From the NCBI GenBank assembly GCA_025210485.1, contig JAOARN010000132.1:382-64381 (forward strand): a DNA stretch of 64,000 nt, written 5' to 3'. Shown here piece after piece: positions 52,300 to 62,383 of this stretch. Under the pieces are notes generated by a model that searched no databases, had not been told where the DNA came from, and was given only the letters and a program-made list of their open reading frames with translations. The DNA is from Marinifilaceae bacterium (lineage in GTDB: Bacteria > Bacteroidota > Bacteroidia > Bacteroidales > Marinifilaceae). Made by a program: the position numbers and the translations under genes. Every line of letters begins with the position of its first letter. The first letter of the stretch is position 1.

Positions 52300-53604
52300 A
52301 TGGAAAAAATGAATTATAATGAATGTATTGATTTTTTATTTGCTCAATTACCAGTTTTTCAGAGAGATGGTAAGAGTGCATATAAAAATGATTTGGGAAC
52401 CACATTGGATTTGGATAAGCATTTTAATTCGCCACATAAGTCATATAAAACAATACATGTTGGAGGTACAAATGGTAAGGGATCGGTTTCTCATATGTTG
52501 TGTTCTGTATTGATGAAAGCTGGATATAAGGTTGGGCTTTATACTTCTCCACATATGCTTAGTTTTAGGGAGAGAATAAAAATTAATGGCGAGCAGATTG
52601 AAGAGTCTTATGTAACAGATTTTGTTAATAATTCGAATGATATTATTAAAAGTTTGCGACCATCTTTCTTTGAACTTACAGTGGCAATGGCATTTCAATA
52701 TTTTAAAGATAAGAATATTGATATTGCAATTATGGAAGTTGGTATGGGTGGAAGATTGGATTCTACAAATATTATCACTCCTGAATTGTCTGTTATAACT
52801 AATATTAGTCTTGATCATGTTCAGTTTTTAGGTGATAGTATTGAAAAAATTGCACATGAGAAAGCAGGAATAATAAAAAACAATATCCCAGTTGTAATTG
52901 GTGAAAAACAAGAAGAGTCGGATAAGGTTTTTATTGATAAATCGGTAAAGGTTGGTACGGATATAATGTTTGCAAGCGATTATATTGAATTAGTTAAATA
53001 TGATGAAGATATTAGAAAAACAAAATATAAGATAAAATCAGAGATTTTTGATTTAAAAGAAATTGAAACAGATTTAAAAGGAGAATATCAGATCAAAAAT
53101 ATTACTACGGCTTTGGCGGCAATGAAGAAGTTGGAACAGTTAGGATTTCAGATTTCGGAGGATGATATATTTGATTCGTTAAAATCGGTAATTTCTAAAA
53201 CAGGTATTTATGGTAGGTGGCAATTATTGTCCGAGACACCTTTAACAATCTGCGATACAGGGCATAATAAAGCAGGTTTAGCATATATAATTTCACAATT
53301 AGAAAAAACAGATTATGAAAGTTTGCATTTCGTATTTGGAATGGTGAATGATAAGGATATAGATTCTGTATTGGAATTACTACCTAGGGATGCTAATTAT
53401 TATTTTACACAAGCAAGTGTTCCTAGAGCCTTGGACGTTGACTTACTTTATGAAAAATCCATAAAGATTGGTTTGCGAGGAGAAAAGTATAAAGATTTGA
53501 AACAGGCTATAGATAATGCTAATAAAAATGCAAAATCAGGGGATCTTATTTTTATAGGAGGGAGTACTTTTGTAGTGGCTGATGCCTTGCATTTTTATAT
53601 GTAA
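52300..53604 (+). CDS. folC: bifunctional folylpolyglutamate synthase / dihydrofolate synthase
   Basis: 434 aa. P-loop VGGTNGKGS, EVGMGGRLD, DHVQFLG, HEKAGIIK. Confidence 0.9.
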   Translation: MEKMNYNECIDFLFAQLPVFQRDGKSAYKNDLGTTLDLDKHFNSPHKSYKTIHVGGTNGKGSVSHMLCSVLMKAGYKVGLYTSPHMLSFRERIKINGEQIEESYVTDFVNNSNDIIKSLRPSFFELTVAMAFQYFKDKNIDIAIMEVGMGGRLDSTNIITPELSVITNISLDHVQFLGDSIEKIAHEKAGIIKNNIPVVIGEKQEESDKVFIDKSVKVGTDIMFASDYIELVKYDEDIRKTKYKIKSEIFDLKEIETDLKGEYQIKNITTALAAMKKLEQLGFQISEDDIFDSLKSVISKTGIYGRWQLLSETPLTICDTGHNKAGLAYIISQLEKTDYESLHFVFGMVNDKDIDSVLELLPRDANYYFTQASVPRALDVDLLYEKSIKIGLRGEKYKDLKQAIDNANKNAKSGDLIFIGGSTFVVADALHFYM

Positions 53605-53791
53605 TGATGATTTAAGTTGAATATATGATTTTTGAATATTTGCTTATAAATTTGAATTAAACTAAATTTGACATAAAATTTTACATAAGTATAATACGAT
53701 ATATTAAACTAGTGGATATAAGTATTTTATGTAGGATATTGCGGTTTTGAAAAAGTATATAATTTTGAAATATCAACAAATAAATAAACCT

Positions 53792-55438
53792 ATGAAATTT
53801 TTTAAAAGCTTGAGTTTATTTGTGTTTGTTTTATCTATTGCTTCATGTAATATGAATAAAAAACAAGCCAAACAAGTAGAAGAAAGTCCTGCTGCAAAAT
53901 TAGTAAAACAATATGCAGAGGTTGAATTAAAAACAGACATTTCTGTATTGAGTGAAAATCAGAAACAAATGCTTCCATTGTTAATGCAGGTAGCTGATAT
54001 TATGGAAGAACTTTTCTGGAAAGACGCTATTGGTGACAAGTCTCAATTCTTAGGCAAACTTAAAGACGAAAACGAAATTAAGTATGCAAAAATTAATTAT
54101 GGTCCTTGGGATAGATTAGATGGTAATAAAGCATTTATTGCAGGTTATGGAGAAAAACCAAAAGGTGCGAATTTCTATCCAAAAGATATGAAGAAAGAGG
54201 AATTTGAAGCCATTAAGAATGATGCTAAAACTAGCTGGTATACAAAAATCCTTAGAAAAGCTGATGGTTCTTTGGAAGTAGCTCCTTATCATGTAGTATA
54301 TAAAGAACAAATTGAAAAAGCAGCATCATTGCTTAAAGAAGCTGCTAAATTAGCTGATGACGCTGGATTCAAAAAATATTTAAATCTTCGTGCAGAAGCA
54401 TTGTTAACTGATGATTATTTAGCATCAGATTTAGCATGGATGGATATGAAGACAAATATGATTGACTTTGTGGTTGGTCCAATTGAAAACTATGAAGATG
54501 CATTATATGGTTATAAAGCTTCACATTCAGGTCAAATTTTAGTGAAAGATGCAGAATGGAGTAAAAAATTATCAAAATTTGCTTCATTATTACCAAAATT
54601 ACAAGCAAGTCTTCCTGTTCCAGCTGAGTATAAAGCTGAAAAAGCTAATGCAAATGCTGATATGAATGCATATGATGTGATTTATTATGCAGGTGACTGT
54701 AATGCAGGAAGTAAAAATATTGCAATTAATCTTCCTAATGATCCACGTGTACACGCTAAGAAAGGTAGTCGTAAATTACAATTGAAAAATGCGATGAAAG
54801 CTAAGTTTGATAAAATCTTAGTTCCAATTGCTGATATGTTAATTGATGAATCACAATTAAAAAATATCACTTTTGATGCATTTTTTGAGAATGTAATGTT
54901 TCACGAAGTTGCTCATGGTTTAGGTATTAAATACACTTTGAAAGATAAGAAAATGGTGAGAAAAGTATTGGAAAATACTTACACTTCAATCGAAGAAGGA
55001 AAAGCTGATATTTTAGGATTATATATGATTACTAAAATGGCAGAATGGGGTGATTTAGATGCATCTAAATTGATGGATAATTATGTTACTTTTATGGCAG
55101 GTATTTTCCGTTCAGTTAGATTTGGTGCAGCTAGTGCTCATGGTAAAGCTAATATGATTCGTTTCTATTTCTTTGAAGAAAAAGGTGCTTTTGTTAGAGA
55201 TGCAAAAACTGGTAGATATAAAATTGATTTCGAAAAAATGAAAGCTGCTATGATTGAATTAGGTAGAGAAATCTTAATAATTCAAGGTGATGGTGATATT
55301 GAAAAAGCTAAGAAATTGATTTCAGAAAAAGGATTTATTAGAGAAGCTCTTCAAAAAGATTTAGATAGAGTTAATCAAGCTGGTATTCCAAAAGATATTG
55401 TTTATAAACAAGGTTTGGAAGTATTAGGATTAAAATAA
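53792..55438 (+). CDS. M49 (DPP III)-like zinc peptidase with a pentapeptide HExxH motif; lipoprotein
   Basis: Start moved to the ATG at 53792 (MKFFKSLSLFVFVLSIASCN lipobox). Motifs HEVAHGLG and EEGKADILG. Confidence 0.75.
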   Translation: MKFFKSLSLFVFVLSIASCNMNKKQAKQVEESPAAKLVKQYAEVELKTDISVLSENQKQMLPLLMQVADIMEELFWKDAIGDKSQFLGKLKDENEIKYAKINYGPWDRLDGNKAFIAGYGEKPKGANFYPKDMKKEEFEAIKNDAKTSWYTKILRKADGSLEVAPYHVVYKEQIEKAASLLKEAAKLADDAGFKKYLNLRAEALLTDDYLASDLAWMDMKTNMIDFVVGPIENYEDALYGYKASHSGQILVKDAEWSKKLSKFASLLPKLQASLPVPAEYKAEKANANADMNAYDVIYYAGDCNAGSKNIAINLPNDPRVHAKKGSRKLQLKNAMKAKFDKILVPIADMLIDESQLKNITFDAFFENVMFHEVAHGLGIKYTLKDKKMVRKVLENTYTSIEEGKADILGLYMITKMAEWGDLDASKLMDNYVTFMAGIFRSVRFGAASAHGKANMIRFYFFEEKGAFVRDAKTGRYKIDFEKMKAAMIELGREILIIQGDGDIEKAKKLISEKGFIREALQKDLDRVNQAGIPKDIVYKQGLEVLGLK

Positions 55439-55454
55439 TCTCTTGTTATATTAT

Positions 55455-55494
55455 AAAAAAAAACCGAGTCGAATTTTCGACTCGGTTTTTTTTT
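55455..55494. terminator. bidirectional terminator between convergent genes
   Basis: A9-CCGAGTCGAA-TT-TTCGACTCGG-T9. Confidence 0.8.
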
Positions 55495-55508
55495 ATGTTA
55501 GTTTTGTC

Positions 55509-57005
55509 TTAGTTCTTAGTATCCTTAACAATAACATCATGTGCACCACCTTCGATTATACTAGTAGAGGAAACCAAAGTAAGTTTAGCTTCTTCTTGTA
55601 GCTCGTTAAGATTGGAAACACCGCAACTACACATTGTAGCTTTAATTTTTCCTACAGTTACGTTTAAGTTATCTTTTAATTTTCCTGCATATGGAACATA
55701 ACTATCAACACCTTCTTCGAATTTTAAGTTACCAGAACCACCCATATCATATCTTTGCCAGTTTCTAGCACGGTTAGATCCTTCACCCCAGTATTCTTTA
55801 ACGTAGTTGCCATTAATCATAAGTTTACGAGTAGGACTTTCGTCAAATCTTGCGAAATATCTCCCCATCATCAAGAAGTCTGCTCCCATAGCTAAAGCTA
55901 GAGTCATGTGGTAGTCCTGAACAATACCACCATCAGAACAAATTGGAATATATTCACCAGTAGCATCAAAATATTCATTTCTAGCATTTGCAACATCGAT
56001 AAGAGCAGTAGCTTGACCTCTACCAATACCTTTTTGCTCACGAGTGATACAGATTGATCCGCCACCTACACCAACTTTAATAAAGTCAGCTCCAGCTTTG
56101 GCAAGGTACATAAAACCTTCCTTATCAACTACATTACCCGCTCCAACAAGAACATTTTTGCCGAAGTTTTCTTTTATGTATTTGATTGTTTCCGCTTGCC
56201 ATTCAGAGTAGCCATCTGAAGAGTCGATACATAGAACATCTACCCCAGCTTCAATCAGAGCTGGAACTCTTTCGGCATAATCTCTTGTGTTTATACCTGC
56301 ACCAACAACTAGGCTTTTGTTTTGGTCAAGTAATTCAACTGGATAATCTTTATGATTTTCATAATCTTTTCTGAAAACGAAATATTTTAGATTTTGATTA
56401 TCATCAACAATAGGAAGAGTACTTAGTTTGTGTTCCCATATTAGGTCGTTTGCTTCACTAAGACTAATTCCATCTTTAGCGGAAATAAGTTCCTCGAAAG
56501 GAGTCATAAATTCAGATACCTTTTTATTTCTAGGATCTTTAGTCTCTCTGTAGTCTCTACTTGTTACCATACCTACAAGTTTTCCTGCAGGAGTTCCATC
56601 ATTTGTGATGCCAATGGTTGAAAAGCCAGTTTCGTATTTTAACTTAAGTACATCCTCAAGAGTGTTCTCAGGCTTAAGGTTTGCTCTACTTTCTACAAAT
56701 CCAGCTTTGTATTTTTTTACAGCTGAAACCATTTTAGCCTGCTCTTCAATTGATTGAGAACCAAAAATAAAAGACAATCCGCCTTCTTTTGCTAATGCAA
56801 TAGCTAGTCCGTTATCCGATACTGACTGCATTATGGCAGATACGAACGGTATGTTTAATGAAATTTTTGGATCTTCTCCTTTTTTAAATTTCACTAAAGG
56901 AGTATTTAATTTAATATTGTCAGGGGTGTGATCTTTAGTTGTCAACCCTGGAATAATAAGGTACTCATTAAAAGTCCTTGAAACTTCGTTAATTATCTTT
57001 GCCAT
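55509..57005 (-). CDS. IMP dehydrogenase family protein (divergent catalytic loop)
   Basis: 498 aa from the ATG at 57005 ([15 protein letters not shown]). CBS pair present. TIM-barrel motif [14 protein letters not shown] in place of the canonical [11 protein letters not shown]. Confidence 0.85.
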   Translation of the reverse strand: MAKIINEVSRTFNEYLIIPGLTTKDHTPDNIKLNTPLVKFKKGEDPKISLNIPFVSAIMQSVSDNGLAIALAKEGGLSFIFGSQSIEEQAKMVSAVKKYKAGFVESRANLKPENTLEDVLKLKYETGFSTIGITNDGTPAGKLVGMVTSRDYRETKDPRNKKVSEFMTPFEELISAKDGISLSEANDLIWEHKLSTLPIVDDNQNLKYFVFRKDYENHKDYPVELLDQNKSLVVGAGINTRDYAERVPALIEAGVDVLCIDSSDGYSEWQAETIKYIKENFGKNVLVGAGNVVDKEGFMYLAKAGADFIKVGVGGGSICITREQKGIGRGQATALIDVANARNEYFDATGEYIPICSDGGIVQDYHMTLALAMGADFLMMGRYFARFDESPTRKLMINGNYVKEYWGEGSNRARNWQRYDMGGSGNLKFEEGVDSYVPYAGKLKDNLNVTVGKIKATMCSCGVSNLNELQEEAKLTLVSSTSIIEGGAHDVIVKDTKN

Positions 57006-57361
57006 AACCTTTTGAATAAAAAATTTCACAAACTTACAAAAAACATTAATTCATTCAGCTTTTAGAGGCAAAAAAATTTATGTTTTTTTAAAAAAAGTAA
57101 ATTAGCTTAGTTATATAGACATAGTTAAGACGATAAGAATTAAATTAGATTTGCTCATCTGAGGTTTAGTATATCGGTTATTTAGAGAGTTTTATTTATT
57201 ATCATTTTTCGAATAATAAAATTGATAATGTGTCTAGTTTTATCATTGTGTTGAAAATCAAGGAGTATGCATTTTATTGTGTAATAAAAAATATTATAAT
57301 AATTCAAAATCATTTTTGTAACTTAGATTTAGTTAGTTATGTAAAAATTAAAGACTTAGAT

Positions 57362-58012
57362 ATGGGATGGCAATTTTCTTATTTAATTTTGTCCAAGATA
57401 AAGCAAATAAATCCAACTGAGTTGTTAAACTGTTTGGGTTTTAAGAATCTGGAATTTGAAGGAAGACTTAAATTTATAGATGCTCTTAATGCTAAGAGCA
57501 AATTTATTTTTATGGGGTATATTGAAGATAATTTGGTTATAAGTGTAAAGAAGCTTCCTTTGGATATAATAAAGGATGAAGAATCTCATATGCTAGAGCT
57601 TTTATTTTGTTTATTTCCAAAATCCGAAGTTTGTTCTGTGTATCTTGATGTTGTGTCTCAAAAGTGGGGATACTGTTTGAGAAATAAAAAAGGAGTGATA
57701 AGAACTGTGTACAGTGAGAACAAAAACCAGATTATAGATAAAGGAAAAGCATTGAGTTTTGAGAAAGAGATAGACTTATATAATCTTGATGCGCAGGATT
57801 TGGATGACTTTAAATACAAAAATTTACCAGAACAAGAGTTTTTATTAAATTTGACAAAGAGTTTTTTAGGAAAACGACTAGATAAGTCAAATGATTTGAT
57901 TGCAAATACTAAGTTAGATTTATTTTCATACAAACAGATACAGTATAAAAATCCTGAAAAAATAAGAGCTGTATTAAATAAGGATAAGAAGAAATGGTGG
58001 AATTTTTTTTAG
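57362..58012 (+). CDS. hypothetical protein, no recognisable family
   Basis: 216 aa from the first ATG (MGWQFSYLIL). The listed 57230 start is GTG with 44 implausible I/V/K-rich codons. No signal peptide or motif recognised. Confidence 0.5.
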   Translation: MGWQFSYLILSKIKQINPTELLNCLGFKNLEFEGRLKFIDALNAKSKFIFMGYIEDNLVISVKKLPLDIIKDEESHMLELLFCLFPKSEVCSVYLDVVSQKWGYCLRNKKGVIRTVYSENKNQIIDKGKALSFEKEIDLYNLDAQDLDDFKYKNLPEQEFLLNLTKSFLGKRLDKSNDLIANTKLDLFSYKQIQYKNPEKIRAVLNKDKKKWWNFF

Positions 58013-58041
58013 TTAATAAAAGGTGAAAGTTTATCGTTGTT

Positions 58042-59163
58042 TTAACGATAGAAAAGATTCATAATATCTTTCACGAAAAATCGCCTATTTCTTTTACTTC
58101 CAGAGTATTCATTAACAATATTCAGTTTTAGAAATATTTTATTTATTTCATTTACCGCTTGAAAGCTAAGTTTGAGTTTTTTTGACATTTCTCCTATTGT
58201 TGACATTGGCGCATTGATAAGGCAATCAATAAAGCGAATAGCATTTTTATGTCCTTTTTGAGGGAATTCGCGAACAATTGTTGTTTTAATTTCTTGTTTA
58301 ATTTTAATTAAGGACTCAAGTATATCGATTGATAGTTGTGCGCTCTCTTTCATCGCTGTTAAAAAAAACTTAATCCATTGTTCAATGTCATTTTTTACTC
58401 TTATAATACTTAGTCTATTGTAATATTCAAGTTTGTTTCTTTCAAGAAATTCAGAAATACATAGGATAGGATATTTCAGGTAGCCAAGACTTAGTATTTC
58501 GAAAAGGATAAGTATTCTAGCTGTTTTTCCATTTCCATCAAGAAATGGGAGTATATTTTCGAATTGATATAAAGAGAATGCCATTTTAATCATATTTGGT
58601 AATGCGAGGTCGTCATTTCTCCAAAAATGTTTAGCATCGTTTATCAATTTTTTTAATTCTGTTTTACTAGGTGGAATAAAATCTAAATTGTGATGTGAGT
58701 CATTTTTATCATTCAATCTTAATTTACCTCCAAATCTATATTTATTAGGTATGTTTTCATATAGTTTTTTATGTGCGTCCTTGATTAATTTTATGCTAAG
58801 CCTTTGTTTGTTGAGTTTTTTGCATGAATCAATCATTGTATCTACATGGTTTTTTAGCTCCAATTGATCTGCAAATAGAGGATTGTCCTTATTGTAATTT
58901 GGTGATAGTAGTTGAATGATATCAGCTTTGTTGCCTTCGAGTCGGCTCGAAGCTACGGCTTCCATTGAATAAAAATAAAGAATAAAATCTTCTATTTCAG
59001 GGTAAATCTTTGTAAATAAATTTAGTTGTCCCATGGCGAATACAGCTTCCTCAAGAATGATATTTATTTGTTTATCTTTCCATTCAAAACTTCTATTTAT
59101 TAAAGAAAAACTTTGACTTTTGTATTCCTCTTTAAGACTTTGGTATTCGAAATTTTTATTCAT
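58042..59163 (-). CDS. Fic-family protein with a degenerate active-site motif (LPFLDGNGKTAR)
   Basis: 373 aa. N-terminal inhibitory-helix motif SSRLEG. Fic core FENILPFLDGNGKTARIL (codons 205-216 = 58516-58551). C-terminal winged-helix-like region. Confidence 0.85.
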   Translation of the reverse strand: MNKNFEYQSLKEEYKSQSFSLINRSFEWKDKQINIILEEAVFAMGQLNLFTKIYPEIEDFILYFYSMEAVASSRLEGNKADIIQLLSPNYNKDNPLFADQLELKNHVDTMIDSCKKLNKQRLSIKLIKDAHKKLYENIPNKYRFGGKLRLNDKNDSHHNLDFIPPSKTELKKLINDAKHFWRNDDLALPNMIKMAFSLYQFENILPFLDGNGKTARILILFEILSLGYLKYPILCISEFLERNKLEYYNRLSIIRVKNDIEQWIKFFLTAMKESAQLSIDILESLIKIKQEIKTTIVREFPQKGHKNAIRFIDCLINAPMSTIGEMSKKLKLSFQAVNEINKIFLKLNIVNEYSGSKRNRRFFVKDIMNLFYR

Positions 59164-59448
59164 CTCTTTTAAATTTTATTTTAATTAGAATGATCTTATT
59201 CAAATTAAATAGATTATAAATGAACATTCTGAATAAGAATACAAATATAGTATTTTAAATCGTTATTAAATTTCAGCTTGTATGTTCCTGTAAAAGAATC
59301 GAATATGATGTTGTTTTTAATTATATTCTCATAAATTCATTAAAAAATAATGATTCTCTCCATATATTCGGCGCCACAAAAATACAATATCTCTAAGATG
59401 TTTATTTCTATTGAAGAGATGAGCTGAGGAAAATTAAAAATTATAAAA

Positions 59449-60693
59449 ATGTTAAAACGACTTTTATTTATCGCTATATTAATAAGTATGGGATTTTATG
59501 CAAAATCAGAAGGTTTTGCCGTAAATGCACAAGGTAATAAGCAAATGGGAATGGGGCATGTTGGAACAGCAATAAGACTTGGTGCTTCCAGTATGCAATG
59601 GAATCCTGGTTTGCTAGGTTTTATGGATAAGAAGTATGAATTTAGTTTGGGGGGTAGTTTTACTTTTATAAAAACTGAATTTACTGGTCCACAAGGGAAG
59701 GAAGAAAGTGATAATCCTATTGGAACACCGTTTTATTTTTATTCAGCAATGAAAGCTAGTGAGAAGTTAGCATTTGGTTTGGCTGTATATACTCCATTTG
59801 GGAATAAGGTGGAATGGGGTGATAAGTGGTCTGGCAGATATCTTGTTCAAGATATTGATTTGAAGGCAATTTTTATTCAGCCTACTGTATCATACAAATT
59901 AACAGATTGGCTAGGATTGGGAGCAGGTGTTATTATTGGTAAAGGAGATGTTGAATTAAACAAGGCTATTCCTTTGGGTAATTCAGATGGAAAAGCTACA
60001 ATTTCAGGATCAAAGATAGAGTATGGATATAATTTAGGTCTTTATATTGAGGCTACAGATAAGTTGAATTTTGGTATTTCTTATAGATCAGGCATTGATG
60101 TAGAACTTGGAATGGATGATGGAGAGGTCGAATTTTCTGTCCCTCAGCCTTTACAAGCTATGTTCCCTAAGGGAGGTACTGCTGTAACTTTACCTTTGCC
60201 TTCAAGTTTAAATATAGGCGTTTCTTATGAGTTTAATGATAAATTAATTGTTTCTGCTGAAGTAAATTCTGTTAATTGGAGCGAATATGAATCTTTGGAT
60301 TTTGATTTTGAGAATAATACTCCTGCTTTAAAGGATCAAAAGAATAAAAGAGATTGGGACAATACTTTGATTTATAGACTAGGTGCGCAATATAGGATGA
60401 ATGAAAAATTAGATTTAAGAGCTGGTATATATTATGATGAAACTCCTACTAATAAAAAGCATTATTCTCCTGAAACTCCAGGAGCAAATAAGATAGGAAT
60501 TTCAGCAGGGTTTAGTTATATGTTAACTAAAAATCTTTGTCTTGATGCTTCTTTATTGTATATGGAAGGTGAAAAAACAACAGCTTATGAAACAAGTAAA
60601 AATACTAAAGGAATGTATGAAGGGGATGATTTTGGAGGAGAATACAAAAACACGGGTTGGTTGCCAGGAATTGGAATAAGTTATAATTTCTAA
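59449..60693 (+). CDS. OMPP1/FadL/TodX-family outer-membrane transport protein
   Basis: 414 aa. Signal peptide, N-terminal hatch (GFAVNAQGNKQMGMGHVGTA), terminal GISYNF. Confidence 0.85.
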   Translation: MLKRLLFIAILISMGFYAKSEGFAVNAQGNKQMGMGHVGTAIRLGASSMQWNPGLLGFMDKKYEFSLGGSFTFIKTEFTGPQGKEESDNPIGTPFYFYSAMKASEKLAFGLAVYTPFGNKVEWGDKWSGRYLVQDIDLKAIFIQPTVSYKLTDWLGLGAGVIIGKGDVELNKAIPLGNSDGKATISGSKIEYGYNLGLYIEATDKLNFGISYRSGIDVELGMDDGEVEFSVPQPLQAMFPKGGTAVTLPLPSSLNIGVSYEFNDKLIVSAEVNSVNWSEYESLDFDFENNTPALKDQKNKRDWDNTLIYRLGAQYRMNEKLDLRAGIYYDETPTNKKHYSPETPGANKIGISAGFSYMLTKNLCLDASLLYMEGEKTTAYETSKNTKGMYEGDDFGGEYKNTGWLPGIGISYNF

Positions 60694-60778
60694 ATAAACA
60701 CGAGCAAGTTTAAATTTCAGAATAAGTTTAGCTAATAACAATATGTAAACAATAGCATATTGCTTATTAGCTATTTTT

Positions 60779-62320
60779 TTATGCTCCCCAAGCTTCTCTA
60801 TCAAGACTTCTGTAGTTTATTGCTTCTGCAAGATGGCAGGCGTTAATATTTTCGGAATTTTCCATATCGGCTATTGTTCTGCTTACTTTCAGAATTCTAT
60901 CATATGCCCTAGCAGATAAGCCGAGTTTTTCCATAGCTTTTTTTAGTATAGAACTCCCCTCTTCATCAATCTTACAATGTTCAGAGATAAGTTTTGGTGT
61001 CATTTGAGCATTACAATGTATGTCTTCAAATTTTGAAAATCTGTTTGTTTGTATCAAGCGAGCTTTTTCAACTCTTAGTCTGACAGCTTCACTTGATTCA
61101 GCTACTGTAGTGTTTGATATCTCATCAAAACTAACAGGGACTACTTCAATATGAATATCAATACGATCTAGTAATGGACCGCTTATTTTACTTAAGTATC
61201 TTTGGACTACTCCTGGAGCGCACATACATTCCTTTTCTGGGTGGTTATAATAACCGCAAGGACATGGGTTCATTGATGAAATTAACATACACGAGGCAGG
61301 ATAATTAACATTAAATTTGGCTCTAGATATTGTTATTTGTCTATCTTCTAGTGGTTGTCTCATTACCTCAAGAACAGTTCTTTTAAACTCAGGTAATTCG
61401 TCTAAAAATAAAACCCCATTATGTGCAAGACTTATTTCTCCTGGTTGAGGATAGGTTCCCCCTCCTACCAAAGCAACATCAGAGATAGTGTGGTGGGGAT
61501 TTCTGAAAGGTCTTTGTGTAATAAGTGAGCTATTTCGATTTAATAGTCCAGCTACTGAGTGAATTTTTGTTGTTTCAAGAGATTCTACAAGAGAAAGAGG
61601 TGGTAGAATACCAGGAATTCTTTTTGCTAACATGGTTTTACCAGCACCAGGAGGACCAATCATAATAATATTATGACCACCAGCAGCAGCAATCTCGATA
61701 GCTCTTTTAACATTGTTTTGCCCTTTAACTTCTTTGAAATCATGAGGGAAACTATTTAGGTGAGCATAAAATTCAGCTCTGGTGTCTACGATTGTAGGAG
61801 AAAGTTCCTTGTCTCCCTTTACATAATCGATTACTTGTTGTATGTTATCAACACCAAAAACTTTAAGATTGTTAACTACTGCTGCCTCTCTAGCATTTTG
61901 AGAAGGAAGAATAATAGCATCATAATTTTCTTTTAGGGCTTGAATAGACATTGGTAGTGCCCCTTTCAAAGGAACAAGAGAACCATCGAGTGATAGTTCG
62001 CCCATAAACATTATTTTGTTTAAATCTAATTTACTCTCGATTTGTTCTGTTGACAATAAAATTCCAATAGCTAAAGGAAGGTCGTATGCTGATCCTTCTT
62101 TTCGAATATCAGCAGGAGCCATGTTTATTATTATCTTCTTTCCTGGAATTCTAAAACCAGATTCTCTTAATGCTGATTCTATTCTTTGTTGACTTTCTTT
62201 AACTGCGTTATCTGGAAGTCCTACTATGCTATATCTTGCTCCAGGAAAAACATTTACCTCTATAGTTATTGTAGTGGCATGAATGCCTTGAACTGCACTT
62301 CCATATACTTTAGTTAACAT
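60779..62320 (-). CDS. comM: YifB/ComM-family Mg-chelatase-like AAA+ ATPase
   Basis: 513 aa. Lon-like N-domain, Walker A GPPGAGKT, Walker [11 protein letters not shown]-terminal [17 protein letters not shown]. Confidence 0.93.
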   Translation of the reverse strand: MLTKVYGSAVQGIHATTITIEVNVFPGARYSIVGLPDNAVKESQQRIESALRESGFRIPGKKIIINMAPADIRKEGSAYDLPLAIGILLSTEQIESKLDLNKIMFMGELSLDGSLVPLKGALPMSIQALKENYDAIILPSQNAREAAVVNNLKVFGVDNIQQVIDYVKGDKELSPTIVDTRAEFYAHLNSFPHDFKEVKGQNNVKRAIEIAAAGGHNIIMIGPPGAGKTMLAKRIPGILPPLSLVESLETTKIHSVAGLLNRNSSLITQRPFRNPHHTISDVALVGGGTYPQPGEISLAHNGVLFLDELPEFKRTVLEVMRQPLEDRQITISRAKFNVNYPASCMLISSMNPCPCGYYNHPEKECMCAPGVVQRYLSKISGPLLDRIDIHIEVVPVSFDEISNTTVAESSEAVRLRVEKARLIQTNRFSKFEDIHCNAQMTPKLISEHCKIDEEGSSILKKAMEKLGLSARAYDRILKVSRTIADMENSENINACHLAEAINYRSLDREAWGA

Positions 62321-62371
62321 TTGTTTTAGATTAAGTTATTATTTGCTGAAAAATATATAGTGATTTGTTTA

Positions 62372-62383
62372 AAAGTTGTAAAA
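62372..62383 (+). repeat. left copy of the direct repeat AAAGTTGTAAAA bracketing the IS-like element (probable target-site duplication, 8-9 bp of it)
   Basis: Identical 12-mer at 63441-63452, 1069 bp away in the same orientation. Confidence 0.6.
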
